Assembly (NCBI GenBank): GCA_944389595.1
Contig: CALXMY010000002.1
Coordinates: 57,913-121,912 of the forward strand
Direction of reading: 5' to 3'
Length of the DNA: 64,000 bases
From: an uncultured Alphaproteobacteria bacterium
GTDB taxonomy: Bacteria > Pseudomonadota > Alphaproteobacteria > Rs-D84
Position numbers and translations under genes: made by a program. Below, in pieces: positions 31,907-41,391 of this stretch (position 1 is its first letter; each line of letters begins with the position of its first letter). A model generated the notes under the pieces. The model was not told the DNA's origin. It saw nothing but the letters and a program-made list of their open reading frames with translations, and did no database searches.

Positions 31907-32301
31907 AAACATATGAATTAAAAAATATTAATGAAACGCATGAATTTGCGCGTGAATTTGCCAAAACATTGCACGCGCCGGTATGTGTCGCGTTGCATGG
32001 TGATTTGGGAATGGGTAAATCGGAAATTGCACGTACGATAATTCAAACACTGCGCGGGGCGGATACCGTGGTGCCCAGTCCGACTTTTACAATTGTGCAA
32101 AATTACGATGGGATATCGCATTTTGATTTATACAGAATAAATGATAAATCTGAATTGGTGGAAATCGGATTGCCATACGCATTACAGAATGATATTACAT
32201 TAATTGAATGGCCCGAAATTGCCGCGGATATTTTGCCGCCTGATACAATACACATATATATTACCGGTGACGGTGATGCGCGAAATATTACAATAAAATA
32301 A
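31903..32301 (+). CDS. tsaE: tRNA threonylcarbamoyladenosine biosynthesis protein TsaE
   Basis: 132 aa. P-loop-like GDLGMGKSEIAR and the TsaE/YjeE size and layout. Confidence 0.7.
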   Translation: MKTYELKNINETHEFAREFAKTLHAPVCVALHGDLGMGKSEIARTIIQTLRGADTVVPSPTFTIVQNYDGISHFDLYRINDKSELVEIGLPYALQNDITLIEWPEIAADILPPDTIHIYITGDGDARNITIK

Positions 32302-32304
32302 AAA

Positions 32305-34083
32305 TTATTTTTCCGCACGTTTTAACAGACTTTGCACCGCCAATGGAAAATCAGTGCTGTTTGCCAGATATGATCCGCTGACAATCAAATCCGCCCCGGC
32401 GGCCCAACATTTTTGTGCGGTATCCGCATTTATTCCGCCGTCGACAGATATTAAATATTTTAATCCATATTTTTTTCGTGTTGCGGCCAATACCGAAATT
32501 TTATGCAGACATTTTGAATCAAATTGTTGTCCCGCGGCACCCGGTGTGACCGCCATAATCATTATTTCATCAATTTCGCGCAAAATTGGTTTTAATATTT
32601 CGATTGATGAATCGGGGTTTAATGCCACACCGGCACGTCGGCCCGCACCACGGATTAATCGCAATGCATTGCGAACACCGGATGTATTTGTTGAAACAAT
32701 AATTGTATTTGCCCCGGCGGCAACGGCATCAGCCGCCCATACATCGGGACTTTCGGTCATCAGATGAACATGTAAATGTGCGCGCGTGTGTGCGCGGATG
32801 TATTTTAATTCTGCGATGCTGCCACGTATGTTTTCAACATATAATCCATCCATTATATCAACATGTATCATTGATATTCCGCCCGCGCGAAACATTGAAT
32901 ATGTAATTGGACTTTTCATATCAAAACACAGCGTGCTGGGCAAAACAGGAATAAAACTGATTTGTTTTTTGGGATGCGGATGAAAAACCGCAGTTATACG
33001 ATTGTATATATTGCGTATGCGTGCATGTCGCGCGGTGTATGCATTGCGATGTGTTAATTCGGCATCCCATATATATGTGGACAGTGCCTGAATTGATGCG
33101 GTTGCATGTGCGTTGTGCACGGGAATGCCAAACAGATTTTCAATAAAATCAGATATAAATTCGATTTCCGCCCCACCACCGGAAATAATAATTTTATTGG
33201 GTGTTCGATGTTTAAATGGGGTGGTACAGGCATCCTTTATCTGGGCACACAGGTCAACCATATTTGGAACAATTATATTATTAACATCGGCACGTGAAAA
33301 ATCATATGCGGTATCAGCCGGGGTAAAACGATCCATTTCACGCGGCATCATGGCGGAAACATTACGCTTTATTCGTTCGGCATCATCAAAATTTATGTTT
33401 AATTTTTCCGATATGTCATGCGTTATATCCGTGCCACCAAATGGTATCTTTTGAAAAAAGACCGGGCCATTATCCAACCACATTGAAATACTGGTAAACC
33501 CGGCACCAAAATCTATGTATAATTCCGCGCCTTTTTTGGTATGCATCATTGCGTTTTGTAAAAAATGTGGGTCATAAAAAGAATATGGCTGAATATGCGC
33601 CGCGTGTAATTTTGTTGTTAATTCACTGATTGCATCATTTGAATAAAATATTACGCCGAATATGGCCGTTAATCCGAAATCAGTGTATCCAATTGGGCTG
33701 TATAATTTTTTTACATTTGGTGTTTCATATCGCAACGGAATTATGTGCATTGGAAAAAATTCATCCGGCGGTGTTATTTGGGAAATCATTGAACTGATAT
33801 CAGATTGTGTAATTTTATGTTCGCCCCGCCAATTTTTGGATTTTGGATTTATTTTAAATATCGCGGGGCCAAAATTTCCGGTAATATATGCGTCATCAAA
33901 ATGGTCGCCAATTTGGCGTTCCAATTCATCAATAACAGATTTTATGGCGAAAACAGTATCAAAACTGTCCACTGTGTGCACGGATGATTTTATAATGTGG
34001 CCGGCACGCACACGGTGCGCAATGCCGCGAACGCCACTGGTGCCAATATCAAGACATAAAAAAGATGAATCAGATAAATTCAT
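32305..34083 (-). CDS. ftsA-rpe: in-frame fusion: cell-division protein FtsA (N-terminal ~345 aa) + ribulose-phosphate 3-epimerase (C-terminal ~225 aa)
   Basis: N-terminus LCLDIGTSGVRGIA, KIPFGGTDITHDISEKL...AERIKRNV and IIISGGGAEIEFISDFIENLFGIPV match the FtsA actin fold. The C-terminus carries Rpe metal and catalytic motifs HVDIMDG, HLMT, MAVTPGAAGQQF and ISVDGGIN. The 592-aa reading frame has no stop between the two parts. Confidence 0.7.
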   Translation of the reverse strand: MNLSDSSFLCLDIGTSGVRGIAHRVRAGHIIKSSVHTVDSFDTVFAIKSVIDELERQIGDHFDDAYITGNFGPAIFKINPKSKNWRGEHKITQSDISSMISQITPPDEFFPMHIIPLRYETPNVKKLYSPIGYTDFGLTAIFGVIFYSNDAISELTTKLHAAHIQPYSFYDPHFLQNAMMHTKKGAELYIDFGAGFTSISMWLDNGPVFFQKIPFGGTDITHDISEKLNINFDDAERIKRNVSAMMPREMDRFTPADTAYDFSRADVNNIIVPNMVDLCAQIKDACTTPFKHRTPNKIIISGGGAEIEFISDFIENLFGIPVHNAHATASIQALSTYIWDAELTHRNAYTARHARIRNIYNRITAVFHPHPKKQISFIPVLPSTLCFDMKSPITYSMFRAGGISMIHVDIMDGLYVENIRGSIAELKYIRAHTRAHLHVHLMTESPDVWAADAVAAGANTIIVSTNTSGVRNALRLIRGAGRRAGVALNPDSSIEILKPILREIDEIMIMAVTPGAAGQQFDSKCLHKISVLAATRKKYGLKYLISVDGGINADTAQKCWAAGADLIVSGSYLANSTDFPLAVQSLLKRAEK

Positions 34084-34094
34084 TTTCGATAATC

Positions 34095-34865
34095 TTATTT
34101 TATCAAAATTCTGGCATCGTCACGCATATCAATAATATCAATGTCGCGTGATAAAATATTATGATTTTGATTCAAAACCATTAAACTGGCAATTGCGGAT
34201 TCCGGATTTTTTTCCGGCAACATTATTGTTATTCCGTCCACGGTATGTAAATTCCAACGTCGATTTTCGATGAATTCCAAATAATCCAAATTGCTGGCAA
34301 TTATATTTGATGCATCAATTATTCCAGATATATCATTTGGAACATTGCCACGAAAAACAATTGTGTTTGGACTGCGCGTTGTGGTGGGGCGGTTTACAAT
34401 TGTGCCATCCACAGATAATGGGTAAAATTGTTCGCCATCAGTCCATTGGGCAACAGCCTGGTACAATTGAACATGTATTGATAAATTTCCGTCCGCTGTG
34501 CGACGTACGGCACTGTGCCGCACCCCAGGTGATGCAATTATACGCGCGTTTATTTCATTTAATGTCTGTTTTGTTGGCCGGGTCCCGGGTGCAACCGCCG
34601 CAGCCGCCGCGACGGGGGTTAAATCCTTGCCCGGGGCATCGGCGGAAACAGACATGCTGCGCACATACGACAGTTTGCCATGTCCGGTATTAATCATAAT
34701 AATTCGTGTTGCGAAATAAATCGCCAAAATTATTGATATTGCAAAATACAGCCAAAACCAAATTGAACGTTTCATGTCCAAAATTATATCATAAAAACAC
34801 GATGTTGAAAAGCCCGCAGCAATTTTTAATTTGCACGCAATAAATAACCACGTCGGAACATACAC
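34095..34865 (-). CDS. ftsQ: cell-division protein FtsQ
   Basis: Short cytoplasmic N-terminus, TM helix IWFWLYFAISIILAIYF and a POTRA-like periplasmic domain. Immediately upstream of ftsA. The likely start is MKRSIW at about 34775. Confidence 0.6.
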   Translation of the reverse strand: MYVPTWLFIACKLKIAAGFSTSCFYDIILDMKRSIWFWLYFAISIILAIYFATRIIMINTGHGKLSYVRSMSVSADAPGKDLTPVAAAAAVAPGTRPTKQTLNEINARIIASPGVRHSAVRRTADGNLSIHVQLYQAVAQWTDGEQFYPLSVDGTIVNRPTTTRSPNTIVFRGNVPNDISGIIDASNIIASNLDYLEFIENRRWNLHTVDGITIMLPEKNPESAIASLMVLNQNHNILSRDIDIIDMRDDARILIK

Positions 34866-35206
34866 TTGCGATATGAACCAACAGATTTTGATGTCGTATT
34901 ACGTGGCACAGACAATAATGCACGTTGCCCAACATCGCGATATTCATTTGATTGAAATGTTACCCACAATCCATCCCAATCGGGCATTATGCCACTTTGA
35001 TTCGGGGCCAATAATTTGGAAATACGCGAACGCGGCATATATGACGGTTTGTTTATCCCCAGGCATGCCTTGTGATCACGGACAAATTGTTCCATTGTTA
35101 CGGATTCATTTTCCCAATTTAATATGGTTGCGTCATCAATACTGCCGCGATTGACGGATGCGCAGGCCGACAAAATCAATGCAAATGCAATGTATTTAAT
35201 TCTCAT
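34826..35206 (-). CDS. hypothetical lipoprotein
   Basis: 126 aa. Signal peptide with lipobox LSACAS. Occupies the position where ddl usually precedes ftsQ. Confidence 0.4.
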   Translation of the reverse strand: MRIKYIAFALILSACASVNRGSIDDATILNWENESVTMEQFVRDHKACLGINKPSYMPRSRISKLLAPNQSGIMPDWDGLWVTFQSNEYRDVGQRALLSVPRNTTSKSVGSYRKCMFRRGYLLRAN

Positions 35207-35281
35207 ATTTTACATTATAATTTAATTGCCTTTGGGGGGCAATAGTTTTTATAATGGGAAAAGAGAATATAGGAAACGCAT

Positions 35282-35605
35282 ATGGCAATAACTGTTCAGA
35301 ATTTTATAAAATTGGCAAATTTATATAATCAAATTGCAATGATTATGTCGGCAATTTGCGTGCAAAAGGGCGGAATTGATATCGAAAATTATGCGGGCCG
35401 TTTCTTTGCCGCGGATGTTTTGGAATATGTGTATGAATATGGTCGGCGTTTAATGGATGCAAATAAAAATTTGCCGGGGGATGTTGTGGATGTTATAAAT
35501 CGATTTGGCCAGCAATATGAACGGGTCAAGGGATTAACCACGCCAACACAAAAACCATTGTATGAAATGACATTGGATGAATTTGAAAGGGTTATGAATA
35601 TTTGA
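35282..35605 (+). CDS. hypothetical protein
   Basis: 107-aa ORF with no motif. Confidence 0.3.
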   Translation: MAITVQNFIKLANLYNQIAMIMSAICVQKGGIDIENYAGRFFAADVLEYVYEYGRRLMDANKNLPGDVVDVINRFGQQYERVKGLTTPTQKPLYEMTLDEFERVMNI

Positions 35606-35635
35606 TATCATTGTTATAAAAGACAGGGTGACAAT

Positions 35636-36982
35636 ATGAAAACAACCAAATATTTATGCAAAATTTTAATTTTGGCTGTTTGGGCGGGACTGGTGTCTGG
35701 TTGCGCACAGCGGCAACAGGAAAATGTGCCACAATATGATACGATAAATGTCGTTGAAAATTTTGTTATTGATGAAAATTCGGTGCCTATTTTCCCGAAA
35801 AAGGCCGCGTTGACAACCGATACCGCACAACGTTTTTCAATTGAATTGCCAAAACGGTGTACTGTTGATTGGGATAATCAGACGGTTGTATCCGTTGTCC
35901 CCGAAGAGCCGATTGAAATGGTGCGTTTGGGAATGGGCGATCAATTACCAGATTTAAAGGTTACAGATTACGAGTTTCGACAGTTAAAGGTCAAAGAGGC
36001 ATTAGATAAACTGTTAGAGGGAACAGAAATTTCAGTAATAGAAGATGGCGAATTGACGGAAACTATATCTGGAACGATTTCATCGGGTAATTTGGCCGAC
36101 AGTGTTGAATTAATGGCGAAAATGGGGCGGTCGTATTATTCGTATGACGCGGTAAATGCCGAAATTCATTTGGATAATCGGGCCAAATGGATGATAAAAA
36201 TGCCAAAAAACGAAACTATAATAATGGCGTTATTGGATGCCATGCATGGGGCGGATGTTCGCAATTTGTTGGTAAACTGGCAGGATAAAACATTGGTGTT
36301 CGAGGGTAATTATCAAACAGAACGCGAGGTTTCAAAAATTATTGCCGATATTGCATCAAAAAAATATATGATTGCATGGGATGTCGATGTATACCGCGTT
36401 TATCCACGTACTGATAATCCGATTATATGGATGAATTTGTTGCCGGCATTCGGTGATAATAATATAAAAATGTCTATTCCCGGTGTGGTGGGGCGTGCGT
36501 TGGTTGTCAGTCCGGAAATAAATACAAAAACATTACAGGAATTTTTATCACAACAGGCAAATGTGGTGCTGATTTCCCAGGGACAATTTTCAATTCCAAA
36601 TGGCTGGCAATCCAGATTTGATATTGGCCAATGCAGCAAAGAGGATCGTTTGGAAACTGATTTGGTAATTGGGGCAACGGGCGTATATGGTGATTATGGC
36701 GGTTATGATAAACTGGATGCGAAAATAGTTCTGCGCACCAGTAACGGTGAATTGGCATCGTTTAATATACCGTCTGATATTGGTGATAATTATGTAATTA
36801 TTGGTATTCCGACACATTCATTTGTAACAACGCCGGAAACGTTAATCAGTCCGTTTGCGGAATTAGTTGTATTTATGTCGCCACGAATAATATCGATTGT
36901 TGATGCAAAAACATTGCCGGTTGGTGCGAATGTGCCTTTGTCAGGGGATGCGTTGCGCGAATTTTTAGGTAATGATTTATAG
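35636..36982 (+). CDS. hypothetical lipoprotein upstream of lolC
   Basis: 448 aa. Signal peptide with lipobox LVSGCAQ. No recognisable domain. Confidence 0.5.
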   Translation: MKTTKYLCKILILAVWAGLVSGCAQRQQENVPQYDTINVVENFVIDENSVPIFPKKAALTTDTAQRFSIELPKRCTVDWDNQTVVSVVPEEPIEMVRLGMGDQLPDLKVTDYEFRQLKVKEALDKLLEGTEISVIEDGELTETISGTISSGNLADSVELMAKMGRSYYSYDAVNAEIHLDNRAKWMIKMPKNETIIMALLDAMHGADVRNLLVNWQDKTLVFEGNYQTEREVSKIIADIASKKYMIAWDVDVYRVYPRTDNPIIWMNLLPAFGDNNIKMSIPGVVGRALVVSPEINTKTLQEFLSQQANVVLISQGQFSIPNGWQSRFDIGQCSKEDRLETDLVIGATGVYGDYGGYDKLDAKIVLRTSNGELASFNIPSDIGDNYVIIGIPTHSFVTTPETLISPFAELVVFMSPRIISIVDAKTLPVGANVPLSGDALREFLGNDL

Positions 36983-36991
36983 GGGTTTTAA

Positions 36992-38245
36992 ATGTTTTCA
37001 AAATTAGAACGCAAGGTTGCATTCAGATATTTAGGCGCGCGCCGCCGCGGATTTGGTTCGGTTATTTCATGGGTGTCACTGATTGGAATAATGTTGGGTG
37101 TGGCAACATTAATTGTTGTTATGTCTGTTATGGGCGGGTTCCATGATACGTTATTGTCGCGAATTGTTGGGATGAATGGTCATGTTGTTGTGTATTACCA
37201 GGACGGCGCAATTCATGATTATGATTTTTTAATCGATAAAATGAAACAGAACAAAATTGTTTCTGAAAATGCGATTGGTATTGTCCCCATTGCCGAGGGC
37301 CAGGTTATGGCAACCGCAAACGGCAACAATACAGGCGCAATGGTGCGGGGAATTCGTATGTCTGATTTGGCGGTCAAAACAGCCACTGGGACAAAAATTT
37401 ATGGAAAGGCATTAGATAAAATTTCCGATGGCGAATTGGTTGCGGGCGCGTCGTTGACACGGGCATTGGGCGTTACAATGGGGGACCAAATTTCATTGGT
37501 TTCGGCAAATAATGCAACACCAACGCCATTTGGTTCAATGCCGCGAATTATGTCGTATCCGGTAATGTCGTCGTTTTTTATGGGAATGTATGAATATGAT
37601 TCTGGGTATATTTTTATGCCATTGGAAACCGCGCAAAAATATTTAAATATTCCGGGTGGGGTGACTCATATTGATTTATTCCTGCGTGACCCCGAGGATA
37701 CAACAGATGTTGCACGTGCATTAACAGATTTATTGCCCGATGGTTTTGTTGTGCGCGATTGGCGTGATTTAAATCGCGGATTTGTTGGTGCGTTACAGGT
37801 GGAATCAAATGTTATGTTTTTGATATTGATGCTGATAATAATTGTTGCGGCATTTAATATTGTGTCCAGTTTGGTCATGTTGGTCAAAGATAAATCAAAA
37901 GATATTGCCGTTTTGCGTACGTTTGGTGTATCGCGGCGTTCCATGATGAAAATATTTATTTTGTCTGGCACCAGTATTGGTATTTTGGGTGCGGCGTTTG
38001 GAACGGTGCTGGGGGTGGTGATTGCGATTTATATTGAACCAATACGTCAATTTTTCCAATGGGCAACGGGACGCGATTTATTCCCGGCCGAATTGTATTA
38101 TTTGTCTGAATTACCGTCAAAGTTAGTGTTGGGTGATGTTGTTGGAATTGCGTTGATTGCGGTGTTGTTAGCATTTTTGGCAACGTTGTATCCAGCATGG
38201 AAGGCCGCCAGTACCGACCCGGTCGAGGTTTTAAGAAATGAATAA
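36992..38245 (+). CDS. lolC: lipoprotein-releasing system transmembrane permease (LolC/LolE, FtsX family)
   Basis: 417 aa. N-terminal TM, a large periplasmic MacB-like domain, and a C-terminal FtsX 3-TM bundle. Ends ...VEVLRNE. Confidence 0.8.
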   Translation: MFSKLERKVAFRYLGARRRGFGSVISWVSLIGIMLGVATLIVVMSVMGGFHDTLLSRIVGMNGHVVVYYQDGAIHDYDFLIDKMKQNKIVSENAIGIVPIAEGQVMATANGNNTGAMVRGIRMSDLAVKTATGTKIYGKALDKISDGELVAGASLTRALGVTMGDQISLVSANNATPTPFGSMPRIMSYPVMSSFFMGMYEYDSGYIFMPLETAQKYLNIPGGVTHIDLFLRDPEDTTDVARALTDLLPDGFVVRDWRDLNRGFVGALQVESNVMFLILMLIIIVAAFNIVSSLVMLVKDKSKDIAVLRTFGVSRRSMMKIFILSGTSIGILGAAFGTVLGVVIAIYIEPIRQFFQWATGRDLFPAELYYLSELPSKLVLGDVVGIALIAVLLAFLATLYPAWKAASTDPVEVLRNE

Positions 38246-38996
38246 AAAACTGGAATTAGTTTTAAGAACGTTGGTATATGACACCGTTGTCCCCGGTGGT
38301 CATTGGTCATCCAGTGCCAAAGATTATCAGGATTTTTTAACGGCACAGGGAATCAAATTACCAATAAAATTATTCCATGAATATAAATATCCAAATAATG
38401 TAACGCCACAGAAATTCGAAGAACAAGTGCGGACATTGTTTTTCTTTTATACGTTCGATGTTGAGCGTATAACCAATCCCCGCGGGTATGCGGAATCTAT
38501 GATAGCCGGGATGGAACGGATGGCGCGGGAAGATAAAAATATTGTGCCATTGACGGAAGAAGAAAAGTTGAATCTGATTAATAAAATGCGTGGTCCGGTT
38601 AAAAATTTGTCTGATGCAGACAAAAATCAATTGGTGGATTATATTCAACAACAACGCAGTACTGTGGTGGCGCAGGTTGCTGATTTATTGTCACAGACGA
38701 TTGAATTAAATCCAGAATTGTTGGATATAAATTGGGAAAATAAAAATCTGCAAGATTTTTTTGAAATTTTGGACGGTGTCAGTTATGGATACGCGCCCAT
38801 GGATATAAAATATTATATCGACAATAAACACGATTTGGCGCGGATAAGAAAAGAACAACGTGAAGAAGAATTTATAAATTTAATTGGTGATGGGCCGCAT
38901 CTGGTTATTCACCCAGACAGAATAAGAATTATGCTGGACGAAATTAAAAAACAAAAAAATTTACAACGTAATATTGAAAGAGGAATGGATTTATAA
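38238..38996 (+). CDS. hypothetical protein inserted between lolC and lolD
   Basis: 252-aa ORF. The start overlaps the lolC stop (ATGAATAA) and its stop abuts the lolD start. No recognisable domain. Confidence 0.45.
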   Translation: MNKKLELVLRTLVYDTVVPGGHWSSSAKDYQDFLTAQGIKLPIKLFHEYKYPNNVTPQKFEEQVRTLFFFYTFDVERITNPRGYAESMIAGMERMAREDKNIVPLTEEEKLNLINKMRGPVKNLSDADKNQLVDYIQQQRSTVVAQVADLLSQTIELNPELLDINWENKNLQDFFEILDGVSYGYAPMDIKYYIDNKHDLARIRKEQREEEFINLIGDGPHLVIHPDRIRIMLDEIKKQKNLQRNIERGMDL

Positions 38997-39712
38997 TGGC
39001 CGGGATATTAAATTCTTTGTCAAAAATAAAGCAGGGCGATGTCGTATTGTCTGTGCGTGATATAAAAAAGACTTTTATCGAAGGCGGTCAACCATTGCAT
39101 ATTTTGCGCGGGGGAGGTTTCGATTTGCGCAGGGGTGAAATTGTTGCGCTGGTTGGTCCATCGGGCAGTGGGAAATCGACATTATTACAATGTGTTGGTT
39201 TGCTGGACAAACCCACCAGTGGCAGTATTTTGTTGTCTGATATACCCGTGCAGAAAATGGATGACGAAATGCGCACATCAATGCGGCGGCGTAAAATTGG
39301 GTTTGTGTATCAGCGGCATAATTTGTTGGCTGATTTTACCGCGTTGGAAAATGTGATGTTGCCTATGTTGGCAAATGGTGTTGATGAACGCGTTGCCAAT
39401 GCACGGGCGTTAAAATTATTGCGGGCGGCAAATGTTGCGCATCGTGCATCACATTTACCGGGCGAAATGTCGGGCGGCGAACAACAACGTACCGCCGTGG
39501 CGCGGGCATTGGCAAATGACCCCGAAATTTTATTGGCCGACGAACCAACGGGCAGTTTGGATCCCGCGCATGCGGCATCTGTGTTTGATTTATTGTTGGA
39601 TTTGGCCCGAAATAAAAAAATGGCTATGTTGTTTGTGACGCATGATATGAATTTGGCTGCACGTGCAGACAGAAAAATAACAATTACAAACGGCATAGTG
39701 GAATCTGTTTAA
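38996..39712 (+). CDS. lolD: lipoprotein-releasing system ATP-binding protein LolD
   Basis: 238 aa. Walker A GPSGSGKST, ABC signature LSGGEQQRTAVARAL, Walker B ILLADEPT, and the LolD-type D-loop. Confidence 0.9.
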   Translation: MAGILNSLSKIKQGDVVLSVRDIKKTFIEGGQPLHILRGGGFDLRRGEIVALVGPSGSGKSTLLQCVGLLDKPTSGSILLSDIPVQKMDDEMRTSMRRRKIGFVYQRHNLLADFTALENVMLPMLANGVDERVANARALKLLRAANVAHRASHLPGEMSGGEQQRTAVARALANDPEILLADEPTGSLDPAHAASVFDLLLDLARNKKMAMLFVTHDMNLAARADRKITITNGIVESV

Positions 39713-39751
39713 AAAAAATAGTATAATATAACTAACCATGGGGGGAGTTTT

Positions 39752-40465
39752 ATGAAAAAAGCAGTTAAAAAAACAAAAGTTGCGCAAAAAGGCGTTAATA
39801 CAAATGGGGTAACAAATTGTTGCAGTCGTTCGCACAGAATATGGGGCGCGGTTGCGTTGGCCGGTTTGTTTGCGTGCGGGCTGATTTTGGGATTGTCATA
39901 TTCTGGGCCAAAAACAACGGAAAATATTGCATTGGATGTTGAACAATGCGATTCAATTGCAAATGAAATTATAAGTATTACGCAACGTGGCGCAAGCGCA
40001 GAAGATGTCGAAACGTTAAAGGAATTAAATACCGCATATACAAATGGTTGTGCGGGGCGTTTGGTTATTATTGAACGCGAATCAATCGCGCCAGTCGCAC
40101 CGAAGCCGGAAATAATGTCAACATGTGCGCGAATTGAACAATTATTAAAACAACGCCTGCGCCCAGAGGATAGTACAGAATATTTTGCACATTTAAGCAA
40201 TGCTGATACGTACAGCACGTTGGCGGACAAGGGGTGTGCAGATAATGCCGATATGTATAAAACATTGGCATTGCGCGAATTGGAAATTGCAACTGCGCTG
40301 CAGCCAACCGAAAATATGGGAATGAATGATGCTGAAATTGTAATTGATACGTTTAAAAAACTGGACATGCAACGCGAGGCACAGGAATTTTTAAATAAAA
40401 TTGAACAATTGATAGATCCGGCAACGGATTTTATCCTGAAAATGGAACAGGTTATAAATGGTTAA
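39752..40465 (+). CDS. membrane-anchored repeat protein, paralogue family A (YGC..N motif)
   Basis: 237 aa. N-terminal TM followed by two repeats of about 60 aa (C..IE...TY..L..GC..N). Clearly paralogous to the ORF at 41392. Confidence 0.5.
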   Translation: MKKAVKKTKVAQKGVNTNGVTNCCSRSHRIWGAVALAGLFACGLILGLSYSGPKTTENIALDVEQCDSIANEIISITQRGASAEDVETLKELNTAYTNGCAGRLVIIERESIAPVAPKPEIMSTCARIEQLLKQRLRPEDSTEYFAHLSNADTYSTLADKGCADNADMYKTLALRELEIATALQPTENMGMNDAEIVIDTFKKLDMQREAQEFLNKIEQLIDPATDFILKMEQVING

Positions 40466-41132
40466 ACTGATATCAAAAATATTATTTGCGATTATAATTT
40501 GCACGCCGGCCATGGCGGCGGATTCGTCTGTTTCCGAACGCCAGGATTGCGATACAATGCAATCGCGAATAAGTGAATTGGCCGCAATTGAATCGCCAAC
40601 GGATGCGCAATCTGACGAGTTGGCAAAATTGCAGGCACAATATCGCACTAATTGTTCGAAGTCTGCGGGTGGGCGGCGTGCCACAACCACCAGCAGAATT
40701 TCCATGGCGACAATGGCGGCCGCCGCCGCAACGCCGGTTGCGGCCCCCACAACGACCAAGGAAACAGTTGTTGTAAATGTTGGCAGTGTTTTAAAAGATT
40801 ATTTGGCCGATTTACAAAAATTGTGTGATGATTTATCCAGCGATATTGAAATGTTGGCGGATAACGGAACATCAGAGGGTGAATTAAAACCATTGCAAAA
40901 CCAATATAATGCCAATTGTAAAGAAATTGATAAATCAAAAACGGCGGAATTAGATGTGGAAACAATCACCAAAAATGTAAATGCCGGCCTGTGCGAGGAT
41001 GGCAGTAAACCAAACAAATTTGGTTGCTGTGGCGATGAAATATTTACCGATATGGGTAATTTGGTGTTTGCCTGTTGTCCGGAAAGTGGCGGCGAATGTC
41101 ATCCACCATTAAATGATGGAAATGCGTTATGA
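40458..41132 (+). CDS. secreted protein with C-terminal 6-Cys motif, paralogue family B
   Basis: 224 aa. Signal peptide and the C-terminal motif FGCCGDEIFTDMGNLVFACCPESGGECHPP. Confidence 0.5.
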   Translation: MVKLISKILFAIIICTPAMAADSSVSERQDCDTMQSRISELAAIESPTDAQSDELAKLQAQYRTNCSKSAGGRRATTTSRISMATMAAAAATPVAAPTTTKETVVVNVGSVLKDYLADLQKLCDDLSSDIEMLADNGTSEGELKPLQNQYNANCKEIDKSKTAELDVETITKNVNAGLCEDGSKPNKFGCCGDEIFTDMGNLVFACCPESGGECHPPLNDGNAL

Positions 41133-41377
41133 AAATAAATTGGAAATTAGTTTTCATCGGCGTTGCATGTTTTATAATTGGTGCCGTTGCGGGATATGGA
41201 ATTGCTGTATATGCCGGAAACAGTGTATATAGCGCAGATTTGGAAATTACGTGTCCGGATAATGGTGTGCCCGATGAAAACGGATGTTGTGCGGGGGAAA
41301 CTTATACAGATATGGGTGGATACGGTTTTAATTGTTGTCCTGATGGCGACGGACCATGTTTCCCGCCAATTAAATAA
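41129..41377 (+). CDS. small membrane-anchored protein with the same 6-Cys motif (family B, short paralogue)
   Basis: 82 aa. N-terminal TM and NGCCAGETYTDMGGYGFNCCPDGDGPCFPP, which aligns with the preceding ORF's C-terminus. Confidence 0.45.
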   Translation: MKINWKLVFIGVACFIIGAVAGYGIAVYAGNSVYSADLEITCPDNGVPDENGCCAGETYTDMGGYGFNCCPDGDGPCFPPIK

Positions 41378-41391
41378 ACAAGGAGAAAAGT

